The translations under genes were made by a program, and so were the position numbers. Positions 35,076-46,700 of a DNA stretch of 64,000 nucleotides are shown one piece after another. Below the pieces are notes generated by a model. It was not told the origin of the DNA. It worked only from the letters and a program-made list of their open reading frames with translations, and did no database searches. Numbering within the stretch: the first letter of the stretch is position 1; the number at the start of each line of letters is the position of its first letter. Source of the DNA: Phaeosaccion multiseriatum (taxonomy: Eukaryota; Protista; Ochrophyta, other classes); contig OZ218951.1 of NCBI GenBank assembly GCA_965112735.1, positions 3,906,001-3,970,000 on the forward strand, given 5' to 3'.

Positions 35076-38000
35076 TTAAGTATGGTGGGAGTGGTGGCCG
35101 TGGTGGCCGTGGTGATGACCGTGACCATGACCATGACCATGACCGTGACCATGACCGTGACCATGACCGTGACCATCCGAGGCAGTCTCACTGGCCACAA
35201 AGTCATGCACCCCCACCCGTCTGTCCCTCTCTCTCGGCCACTCGTGCGGATGCTCCTGTTGATGCCTACCAACACCCCCACCACCACCACCACCACCTCC
35301 TCCTCCTCCTCCTACTCCTACTCCTCCTTTCGAGAGCGCCCCGGTCCCACGCATCGACCGATCTCCTTCGTCAATGAGCCTGCCCAGCCTGTCGATGCTC
35401 GCGCTCAACTTCTTCTGCATCGTGTTGCTCACCACCCTCTTGTGACCGAGGGTGGGCGGTACCACAGACACCAACGCTGACCCCTTCTCCTTCCATGTGG
35501 TGCCGCTGCTTAACCCCAAGCTCCACACGCTCTCCATCCCCATGCCCTCCAGCCCTCCTCCTCCTCCTCCTCCTCCCCCTCCCCCCCCGGAGTACACCGA
35601 CCCGGCGACAGAGTCCACCCGCTGACTACTGCTGCTACGGAACGAGTCAATGGAGCAGCCCCCTCCCCCCGCTCCTCTGCCTCCCCCTCTTGGCCCTCCT
35701 TCCGCTCCTCCTCCTCTCATGAGGCTATTACCACCACCGAGGAGACCGAAAGAGGCTCCTCCTCCTCCTCCTCCTCCTCCTCCTCTTCCTCCTCCTCCTC
35801 CTCTTCCTCCTCCTCCTCCTCCTCCTCCTCCTCCTCCTCCTCCTCTTCCTCCTCCTCCTCCCTCTCTCCCCGTTGAGGGCTTTCCTTGCATTTCCGTACC
35901 AAAAGCACCACCAGCACCACCACCACTAGCAGCACCACCACCAGCAGCAAGAGCAGTGTCCACAGCCGCTCTCCCGTCGTCTCCAGTACCTGGCAGGACG
36001 TCTCCCTCACCGGCCGGCGTGCCAATGGGGGGCAGGCTCACAGCGCTCTGCGAAGAGGCCAAGTTCCCCTCCACCCCCTTCTCGATGCCGCCACTGGCGC
36101 CCGCCCCCCCCCCTCCTCCTCCCATCCCCCCTCCACTGCGGTGATGCTTTCTCCTGCGGCGCGCGGCGACTTGGCGAGCCGAGGGTTTGATACTGTTACG
36201 CGTCCTCAGGCTTCTGCCGCCCCCCGAGGCCACGCTGGTCTGGGACGGCTGCGAGAGCTGATTGTTGTGGAGCAAGGCATCTTGCTGCTTGTCCTGCTGC
36301 TTGCGGCGGTCTACCTCTGCGGCGACAACTTCACAGCGGGCGGTGTCGGTTTGTTCCAACTCGTCCACATCCACCACAAAATTCCATCTGCAGTAGGGAG
36401 ATGGGACGGGATGGCAATGGACGGGATGGCAATGGACGGCGTGGGAGAGGGTGACCGTGTCAGAGCGTGGCAGACAGGGCGTCATTTAGATGTTCGAACT
36501 CTGACTGAGTGACTGACTGAGTTCCCATCCGTCCGTCATTCCTTCCTTCCTTCCGTCCTTCCTCCCTTCGTTCGTTCGTTCCTTCCTTCCTTCGTTCCTT
36601 CCTTCCTTCCTTCCTTCCTTCCTTCCTTCCTTCCTTCCTTCCTTCCTTCCTTCCTTCCTTCATTCCTTCCTCCCTCCCTCCCCCTTCCCTCCCTCCCTCC
36701 CTCCCCCCCTCCCTCCCTCCTACTGACCGAGGGTTAGGCGCGTGAGGCATGAGTGCCTGCAAAAGTAGCCCTTGCGGTCTGCCTTCCATCGTCCACGCCT
36801 TGACGCAGCGATCGGTGCTGGCGGTGAGCAGCGCCACAGGCTTAGCTGCGGCCTTGTGTACAAGGAACACAGCGTCGTCGTGGGCATTCTCTGTGGCATA
36901 GGGAGAGAGGGAGGGGCAGAGAAGGGGAAAGTGAGGGAAGAAGAGAGAGAGAGAGGTTAGCGCTAAAGTCAAGAAGCGAGACGACACGAGCAGTACAGAG
37001 GAAGGCAGCGCTCCACCCTCTCTCTCTCTGCAGGTCAAGGCAAAGTGAAGGCAAGAGGAAAGCGAGTCAAGTTCACTCTCCGTGCTGGGAGGCAGCCTGC
37101 TTGCTTCCCTTCCCTCCCTTCCCCTTCCCTTCCCTCTTCTCCCTACCCCCACCGTCTCCTCCTCCTTCCTACCCCCACCGTCTCCTCCTCCTCCTCCTCC
37201 TCCTCCTCCTCCTCCTCCTCCTCCTCCTTCTCCTTCTCCTCCTCCTCCGCCTCCTCCGCCTCCTCCTCCTTCTCCTCCTCCTCCTCCTCCTCCTCCTCCT
37301 CCTCCTCCTCCTCCTCCTCCTCCTCCTCCTCCTCCTCCTCCTGCTCCTCCTCCTCCTCCTTCTCCGCCTCCTCCTCCTCCTCCTCCTCCTCCTCCTCCCT
37401 CTCACCTACGCCCCACAGAAAGTCGACCGAGTCTGCCTCGTAGGCCTTGTCGAAGTTCAACCCCCCACTCAGCCTCCTCCAATCCGCCTCCTCATTCACG
37501 GCCTTGCCCGTGGGGTTGCGCAGCACAGAGCCGGCGGGGGGTGCCTTACATGGCCTCATGTTCATCTCCGTCAGCGCTCTGCCAATGCTCCACCCCCTTA
37601 GGTGGCCCATCTCGTCACCCGTCACCACCATATGACTCTCTGCGTGCCATACAGCCGAGAGCAGGGGCACTAAGGGGGGAGGCTTGTTGTTGTTGTTGTT
37701 GTTGTTGTTGTCATCGTCGTCGTCCTTGTTGTTGTTGCCACTCCCTGTAGGACCACCATGTGATGGGTGTGAGGGGGGGAGGCGTGGGAAGGACCGCCAC
37801 ACGCTGTAGTCCTCCTCGGGGGGCGGCTTTGTCTCGCCCGACAAAATGCTGCTGCTGACGCTGTTGTCGGTGCTGTGGAGAGAGGCTACGTGGGCCGCCC
37901 CTACCCCTCCCCCCATCCCGCTGAGCGCATCTGCTGCCTTCTCGCCTGACTTGTTGCCCCCTCTCCTACCGGCCTTTGTCTTGTCCGTCGTCCCTTTTCC

Positions 38001-39813
38001 CCTCCCTTTCTGCAGCCGCTCCCCCTGCGCCGGGGTTTGACTCGGACTGACACTCTGATTCTGAGAAGCGCTGCTCTGCTCCTCCCCCCCGGCCTCATCA
38101 TCATCAGCACCATCACCACCATCAGCATCATCATCATCTTCATCATCACCATCCTCCTCCTCTTCCTCCTCCTCCTCATCCTCCTCCTCCGCCTCCTCCT
38201 CCTCCTCCTCCTCCTCCTCCTCCTCCTCCTCCTCCCCCTCGCCTCCCCCGTCCCCCCCCTCGCCCTCGCAAGAAGAAGAGGAAGACGAACGAGCAGAAGC
38301 CCCTCCCCCTCCCCCCCCCCCTCCCCCCCTCGCCCCTGCTCCCTCCGAAGCAAGCGCGGCCTTTGCCTTCCTGAGCGCATCCACCGCAGACTTGGGTCTC
38401 AGTAGAGGATACTCCATTGTCTGCTCTCCCCAAAACACCGCGTCGCGCGGCGGCGCATTGGGCCATGTCAAGATACACTTATCTTCCCTCGCCATCAACG
38501 CATCCACCACCCACACTCGACACATTCCGTCCGAGCAGGTGACGAGCAGCAGCGGGTACGGATCTAAGAAACACATACTGCTGACGGTGTAGTATGGGTT
38601 ACTATCCGCCTCCACACCACCAACACTCACACCCACACTACTACCGCCCAACCCGCTGGCCCCCAATGCCGATGACGACGTCGATGATGATGTCGAAGTC
38701 AAGGTCGACGTCGAAGTCGAAGTCTGCTTCCCCACCACCTCCGCCACCCGGCCCGTCGCAAAGTTCCAAATAGAGATGCCGTCCTCTCCCGACCGACTCG
38801 AAGTGGCCAGGCTTTGCGTGACGTAACTCACGGCAAGGCTCGACATGTCTTCATAGTGCGAGTGCCCGTCTTGAAAAGTGGTCAGCACCACTGCCACTTC
38901 AGCGTCCATCTCATCATAACACAGCAGCTCCCCATCCCTACACGCCACCACCACCGCCTTCTCCTGATCGACATATCGCACGTCCACAATCGGGGAGGCG
39001 TGTCGGTCTCCGAGCTTCTTCATCCTGGCCCCGTTGCGGTAGTTGAACACGCCCACGTGGCCACGCACATCCCCCACCACGAACTTTCTCTCTCTGTCGT
39101 CCAAGCACAGGCAGGTGATGTCCCCGGTGGTTAAGTCGGGGAACATTATCTTGAGTGTGCCTGTCAGGGCATCCCACACCTTGGGAGGAGGAGGAGGAGG
39201 AGGAGGAGGAGGGGGAGGGAGAGGGGGGGGGGGAGGGAGAGGGAGAGGAGGAGGAAGAGGGGAAGGAGGGGCAGGAGGAGGAGGAGGAGGAGGAGGAGGA
39301 GGAGGAGGAGGAGGAGGAGGAGGAGGAGGAGGAGGAGGAGGAGGAGGAGGAGGAGGAAGGAGGAGAGGGGGGAAGGGGAGGAAGAGAAAGGAGGAGAGGG
39401 GGGAAGGGGAGGAAGAGAAAGGAGGGGAGAAGGAGGCGGAGTACAGGAGTAAGTGTGTGAGTGGGTGAGTGAGTGGTGGGTGATTCGGCGAGTGAGTGGG
39501 TGGGTGGATGGGTAAGTGTGTGGGTGAGTGAGTGAGTGAATTAGTGAGTGAGGGATGGAGTGAGTCCTTTCCTCCGTCCGTCCGTCCGTCCGTCCCTCCC
39601 TTCCTGCCTCCCTCCCTCCCTCCCTCCCTCCCTCCCTCCCTACCCTCACCTTGACTGTCCGTTCTGTAGCTGTGAGAATGCTGAGGGAGGTGGCGTTGAA
39701 GGCCGCTGCCGATATGGGGAACTTGTCAGTGATAGGGTCGTTAAGGTGTCGGTGTTGGTCGAAGTGGTGAAGTTTGCGCCCCCGAGCAACCACCACGCGG
39801 AAGTCGTCCTCCT

Positions 39814-39846
<33 letters not shown>

Positions 39847-42800
39847 GTGAGAGAGAGAGCAGAAAAGAGCGCCAAGACCTACGCACAAACAAAGCCACCA
39901 ACAATGACGAGGGTGTTCAAATCGCTCCCTCCCTCCCTCCATCTTACCTGATTGAACCTGGTGGGAGGAAGTCTGCAGTGTATGAAGCATGAGGTGCTTA
40001 TGTTCCGTGTCAAGTCATCCTCCTCTTGGTCCTGGAAGGGAAGGGAAGAGAAGGGGAGGGAAGGGAAAGGAAAGGAAGGCTCAGCACATTGATAAGCAGC
40101 ACACACACGTACAGTAAGGCTTAGCTGGCTCCCTCTCATCAACAGATCACAACACACAACACACAGACGAAAAGACCAAGAAGAACAAGTCTGTTGTTTG
40201 CGTGCATGCGTGTGTGCGTGCGTGCGTGCGTATTTCAAAGAGGGCCCACATACGGCCTTTCCTCTTCTCTCCCTCGGATCTCGATCGAAAGAGGGCACAC
40301 TCATACAGACGGGCCTTCCCTCCCCTCCCTCTCCCCTCCCCCCCCCCCCCCCTTTCTCTCTCTCCATCTCCCCTCACCTGCTGGACCGTCTGCACACACT
40401 TAAAGTTGCGGAGGTCCCAAATCTTCACCACCCCACTCGCGTCCGTCGTGATAAGCTCCGGCGTGCCGGGAACCGTCTGACACCCCACCAGACTCGCTGA
40501 GTGCCCTTTGAGCTTGTACAGCAGCGAGTTCACAAAGGGGCTCCACACGTAGGCTTCATGATCGAAGCCGGCGCTCACGAGACAGCGGTAGTCACTGCTG
40601 TAAGAGAGGGCGAAGACGCCTTTGTTGTGGGCGGTGAGGGTGTGTAACGGTTTCTCGGTGTAGGTGTCCCACACGCGGATGCCCTTGTCTAGGGAGGCGG
40701 ACACAAGATTGTTGAGACGGTCCTGTATGATGCATTGATTCATGCAATGGTTGATTGGTTGATTGGTTGATTGGTTGATTTCACACACATAGGCACACAC
40801 ACACGGAGACAGAGACAGAGGGAAGGAGGGAAGGAGGGAGGGACGGAGAAGGAGAGAGAGGGAGGGAGAGAGACAGGAAGGGAAGGACGGGAAGGGAGGG
40901 AGGAAGGGAGGGAAGGGGGGAGGGAAGGAGGGAGGGAGAGGAGAGGAGTGATCAACTCACAGAAGGCCGAGGGGAGGAACAGGAGTACCCCCACAGGCAA
41001 AGCCTCTACCACCAAAAGTCAAACGCCTCTCTCTCAAAATATCGTACCGTGCCCACCCCACCCTCCCTCCCTCCATCCCCCCTCCCTCTTTCCTTCCCTC
41101 CGCCCCTTCTCCCCAGCCTCTCCCTCCCTTGCTCCCTCTCCCCCTCCCTCCCTCCTCTCTCCTCTCCCCTCTCTCCTCTCCCCGCCCCCCCTTCTGTACT
41201 ACCAACTCGCTCACCATGACAATCATACTCATGACGATATCTGTGTGCCCTTTGAGCGTCACAAGCTCCTGACGCTCGTCAATGTCCCATCCGTGTATGT
41301 CGCCATTTGCGCTGCCGGAGTACAACATGTTTTGTGAGCCGTTCCAACACACGCTCATCTGAGGAGAGCGGGTGGGCCACTTGCTGCGAATGGTGTAGTG
41401 GCGGATCTGTGGGACGTCGTCGAGGTTCCAGCGCGTCATTGTCATCTCTGTTGTGTACGTGAGGAGGAGGAGGAGAAGGAGGGGGAGGAGGGGGGGGTGC
41501 AGGAGGAGGAGGAGGAGGGGGGGGAGGAGGAGAAGAAGAAGAAGAAGAAGAAGAAGAAGAAGAAGAAGGAGGAGGAGGAGGAGGAGGAGGAGGAGGAGGA
41601 GGAGGAGAAGATGGAGGAAGAGGAGGGAGAGAAGGAGGGTGAGAGGGTTAGGGGGGCCTCAATCAACCAATCATCAATGTACGAGGATAGATAGACCAGA
41701 GGATGTATACACACATACACATACACATACAGAGGGGTATATATATACACACACAAACATACACATACCCGCCGTGCACGTGACGAGGGTATGGCTCGTA
41801 TCCACATAAGCCATGGCCAGAGGGGCGGCGTGCAGCTGCAGCTTGGCCATCACCTTCCAGTTGGAGGCGTTGTAGATGCTGATCACCGGGTTATACTCCT
41901 GTGAGTACGTAAGTCAATGGGTAGGTGTGAGAGTGGTGTCAGGGTTTGAGTGGGAGAGTGGGCGGTGGAAGGGTGGCCGGCCCCACAGCCCCACAGTCAC
42001 ACGCTAAGTCCGCCAAGGGTGGGGAGGGAGTATGGCCAGTTGCGAGGAAGAGTGCAGCGGGGGGAGGGGGCTTCCTCCCATCCACTCTCCTCCTCCTCCT
42101 CCTCCTCCTCCTCCTCCTCCTCCTCCTCCTCCTCCTCCTCCTCCTCCTCCTCCTCCTCCTCCTCCTCCTCCTCCTCCTCCCCCTCCCCCTCCTCCTCTTC
42201 CTCCTCCTCCTCCTCCTTCACTAAAGAGGAGGAGAGGAAACAAAACAGACCTGAATGACGCACAACGCTTGGCTGCTAGGGATGAAGCAAAACGAGTCCA
42301 CGGTCTCTGCCTGCTGCCTGCTGCCGTGGTTGGCGGCGCTGGGGAGCTCCACTTGTTTGGGGCTGGGCCGGTACTCGGGAAAGTGATCAATGCTGAGCTG
42401 CTTGTGGTGGTGCTGGGCCTTCTCCACGATGAAGCGCGTGAACTCGTCCCACTCCATGATACCGTCTCCGTTGATGTCCACTTCCTTGAATAGCTCCATA
42501 AGGTTGGACACGATCTCCTCTCTATCCACAACCTCCTTGGCCACCCCGTCCAGCTGCTGGGACGCTCGCTGCGGGTAGTCCTCACCTCCTCGCCCCCCTC
42601 CCCCCCCTCCTCCTCCCTCCCCGTCGTATCCTCCTCCTCCACCTCCTCCTCCTGCACCATCTGCGTGCGACTGATTACTGCCGTTCTGGTGGTGGTCCAC
42701 TACTCGTAGATTGGAGGGCAGGTGCATTTCCATGATGGACACAAAGTCCTCCACGTCAACTGCGTCTCCTGCGTCGTGGAACTGTCTCTTGATGGCGGCC

Positions 42801-43234
42801 ATCTCCGAGCTGTTCAGGCTCATCAAGAGCGACACGCTGAGCTTCTCCCGCATGAGCTTCTTCTCTCTGTACCCGGACAGTCTCGCTCCCTCCCTGGAGG
42901 ACTCCTTTTCAGGGTCCTCTACCCGCTTGGTCCGTGTATGGACCTGGGAAGCGTACATACAGTAAGGTCAGTGGTTTGGTCGGTATTGAGGTCACTGGTT
43001 TGGTGCTCTCGAGAGCGAACAGGCACGCAGCAACGAGCATATCCAGCTAACAAGAGAGTGGGCGAGATGCAGGGATGAAGCCATGGGAGGGGGGGGGGCG
43101 CCGGATGTGGACGAGGGTGCCGTTTCCCTCACACTTACCATCTTCAAGACCTCCTGCCTCCTCTGCTCCAGCAGCTTCCGCAGCTCGTCGCTGCTCTTCA
43201 GCGCCATCAAGGCGGCAGACGGCTTGGGCACCAT
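35076..43234 (-). CDS. EF-hand + WD40 repeat protein, WDR49/EFCAB8-like (multi-exon; start codon uncertain)
   Basis: EF-hand LMELFKEVDINGDGIMEWDEFTRFIVE. WD40 repeats: LYSGSANGDIHGWD, LKGHTDIV, LVSASLDKGIRVWD, AHNKGV...LVSAGFDHEAYVWSP, LKGHSASLVG, VKIWDLRNFKCVQ, DDRERKFVVGD and LLTASTDRCVKAW. The long Gly-rich last exon ends in a (GH)n tract. Confidence 0.8.
37183..37397. repeat. (CCT)n trinucleotide microsatellite, intronic in the WD40 gene
   Basis: Long CCT run immediately inside the minus-strand donor at about 37404. Confidence 0.9.
39184..39360. repeat. (GAG)n microsatellite, intronic in the WD40 gene
   Basis: GGA/GAG run that forms the pyrimidine tract of the minus-strand acceptor at about 39180. 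Confidence 0.9.
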
Positions 43235-43729
43235 CTTGCTCACCACAAACTCTATTTCCTCCTTCTTTCAACTAATTAAGCCATTGCTGGCAAGGGAGAA
43301 ACTCTTCCTGCAATGCGGAGGTGTGTCTACTGCCTTCTCATGCCCATTTCTCTGCTGTCAAGGTTTTTCATTTTCAGTCCGTGTCAACTGCCCGAGTGCG
43401 AGTTTCAGCTCATTCATCTCTTCAGCCCCCTCGGGGCCACCCCCGCCGACCCTCCCTCTTCGCTACTCGAGAAGTGCCGTACTTCAGTGCACAAGGGGTT
43501 AGCTGAATGCTGTTATTGCTAAGAGTCTGCACCTGATTTGCTACTGCCGATTCCAAGCACCGGAACTGCTTGTCTTGATCTGCTGCTCGAGCGAGAGAAC
43601 GGAGGGGACGAGAGATCCAGGGTGGGAGGCGAGCCCCAGCGCCAGGGTTGGCCGCTGCTGCTGCTTCTTTGGGTAGCGCGGCACTCCTCCTTGCATTTTC
43701 TGCTCGTCTGAGAGAGGCGCGCGCCAATC

Positions 43730-46700
43730 ATGGCTGCTGACGCGGACGGAGAGATCCGCAAGCTCCAAAAGGAGAGGGAGCAGCAGCAGCAGCAGAGGGA
43801 AGCACCGCCCGCGCCCCCCAATGGGAAAGGGGCCGGGGCCGGGGGGGTGGGGGAGAATGGAGACAAGGTGGGGCTGACATCTGCTGGAGGCTTTGATTCC
43901 GAGATTTACGGAAGCGGGGGGGGAAGGAACAAGTTTGCGGGCTTCACCTCGACGGTGATGGATGACGGTATGGAGGAGGACGAGGACGAGGATGATCTGG
44001 GGGTGAGCAGGGGGGCTTCGCACCCTGCTTCCAAGGCCGGTGGGAGCTATCCCTCTGATGGCTTACGGCAGACGGATGAGGATACCGGAGAGGATCCCTT
44101 TGACGCCTTGCGGGAGAGCAGAGGGACGGGCTTGGTCAACACACGCATTGCGGACCGGGAAGGTACGTATCAGCAGCGGAGGAGAAACAGAATGCTGAGT
44201 CCGGACAGGGGGACTGGGGATATGGCAAAGGGGGATAAGACACCGGCACGGAGCTACAAGGATATCATGAAGGACCAGCAGATGGACAATGAGAAGGCAG
44301 ACCTGCTCAACAAGATGAGGATTCAGAGGGAGGAGAAGGAGGACGAGAGGGCAGCGGCGGAGGCCAACGGGCTGGGTGCGTATGGCCCGGGGTCCTCCTC
44401 AAAGGGAGGAGGGGGCGCATTGGCTCCTCCTCCCGCCGTACCACCGGCGGCGGCAGCGGGGAGCAAGGGGCGGCGGCGGCGGTGGGATGACAGTGCTCCT
44501 GCCGGTGCTGGTGGTACTTCCTCGACCTCGAACGGGGCACTCGCGGCGGGTGGTAAGGCTCAGTCTTCACTTCCCCCACCGCCTCCAGTCTCGTCTTGGG
44601 ATGCAGACATGCCCACGCCGGTGAGGCCTGGTGTGGCAGACATGCAGACCCCTGGAGCGGCTGGTGGTGTCACCCCCGGTGGGGCAACGCCTTCAGGAAG
44701 AGCAAGTCGCTGGGACCAAACCCCGCAGAGAGAGGGAGAGGGAGGCGCAGATGCCACGCCCAGCAGAAGACGGAGTCGCTGGGATGAGACGCCTCAGGGG
44801 CAGCACGGGGCGGGGGGTAGAGCAGGGGGGGAGACTCCTTTCAGGGGCAGCCGCTGGGATGACGCCACCCCCAAGGGCGGCTCAGGGGCAGGGGGTCCCG
44901 AAGCAACGCCCAGTAGGAAGAAGAGCAGATGGGACGAGACGCCCGTCGCAGAGGCGAGAGGAGGCACGCAAGCGACCCCCATGGGCGGGAGTGGCATGTT
45001 CATGGCGGGGCCCACGCCTTTGGTCGGGTCAGGATCGGGGCTGGAGGATATGGCCACACCGGTGGGGGTGGGGCAGGGGCAGGGGCCGATGGAGCCCATG
45101 ACACCCGAGATGCAAAAGGGCCTACGGATCGATAGGGAGATGGAGGACAGAAACAGGCCCCTCACGGACGCTGACCTGGATGCCATCTTCCCGGAGACGG
45201 GCTACAAGATCCTGGATGCGCCCCCTGGATACGTACCACTTCAAACCCCGGGCCGTATGATGCTGCTGTCCACCCCGACCAACGACGGCGGACAGACGCC
45301 GGGGGGCTTCCAAATGATGGAGACCCCGGCCAGGGACAGCTACGGCATCCCAGCTACCCCTACCGAGTCCGGCCTGCCAAGTGTCAAGCCGGAGGACTAC
45401 CAATTCTTTGGTAAGCTGATGGAGGAGGTGGAGGAGGAGAGTCTGACGGCGGAGGAGGCCAAGGAGAGACGCATCCTCACGCTCTTGCTCAAGATTAAGA
45501 ACGGGACGCCACCGCAGAGGAAGACCGCGCTCCGGCAGATCACAGACAAGGCCAGGGAGTTGGGTGCGGGCCCTCTCTTCAATCAGATCCTGCCCTTGCT
45601 CATGAGCCCGAACTTGGAGGATCAGGTAAGAGGTTACATAAGGCAATGAGGGGGTGGTAGTGCGGGATACCTACCTACTTAACTCGAGCACCAGGGAAGG
45701 GGAGGGGAGGGAGGAAGAGGGAGGGGGAAGGAGGGCGAGATGATACGGGCTGAGCACGAGGGGGTGGGTAACGGACTCAGGCAGGCCAGGGGGCCAAGTC
45801 ATGCCATTCATGCTCGCCCTGCTCACACCTCCCCTCTTGCCTGTGCCTGTGACTCGCCCCTCCTGTCTGTGTTTCTATCTGTCTGTCCGTCTGTCTGGCT
45901 ACCCGCCTGTCTGCTTGTCTGTCTGTCTGCTTGCCTTTCTGCTCTACCTGCCTGCCCATACGCATGCCTTCCTGCCCGCCTGTCCCTCCTCCTGTCTCAG
46001 GAGCGGCACCTGCTGGTGAAGGTGATCGATCGCATCCTCTACAAGCTCGACGACCTCGTCAGGCCCTTCGTGCACAAGGTCGGTGCACGGGTGTTGTAGT
46101 GTGTCAATGGGCTAAAGGGTGTAGTGTGTCAATGGGTGGGTGCATGGATGGGTGCTTCTGTGGAGTAGAAAGAAGCGTGCCCATTCCACAGCCAATCTTC
46201 GCCCCATTTTCGTTCCTTCTATCTACCCTGTGCCATGCTATGCCTTCCCCGCCGTACCCTGCCCTGCCCTGGGGGGCGTATATCTGCGTCTGATCTGATT
46301 GCGTAACCTGAGTACGCTCAAGTCAATTATTGCACACACTCACGCACACACACACACACACACAATCAATCAATCATTCAATCAATCAATCAATCGATCT
46401 ATTGGCAACCAGATCCTGGTGGTGATCGAACCCCTCCTCATCGACGAAGACTACTACGCCCGAGTGGAGGGCAGGGAGATCATCTCCAACCTCTCGAAGG
46501 CAGCCGGGCTGGCCACCATGATTGCCACAATGCGCCCAGATATCGACAATCTCGATGAGTACGTGCGCAACACCACCGCGAGGGCATTTGCGGTGGTGGC
46601 GAGTGCGCTGGGCATCCCCGCCCTCCTGCCCTTCCTCAAGGCGGTGTGTCAGAGCAGGAAGAGCTGGCAAGCCAGGCATACGGGCATCAAGATTGTACAG

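Noticed and set aside
37101-37750. ORFs encoding poly-Pro/Leu/Ser/Arg/Glu, including the poly-E end of ORF 37143..39179
   Set aside because: They are translations of an intronic (CCT)n repeat. The real exon ends at the donor near 37404.
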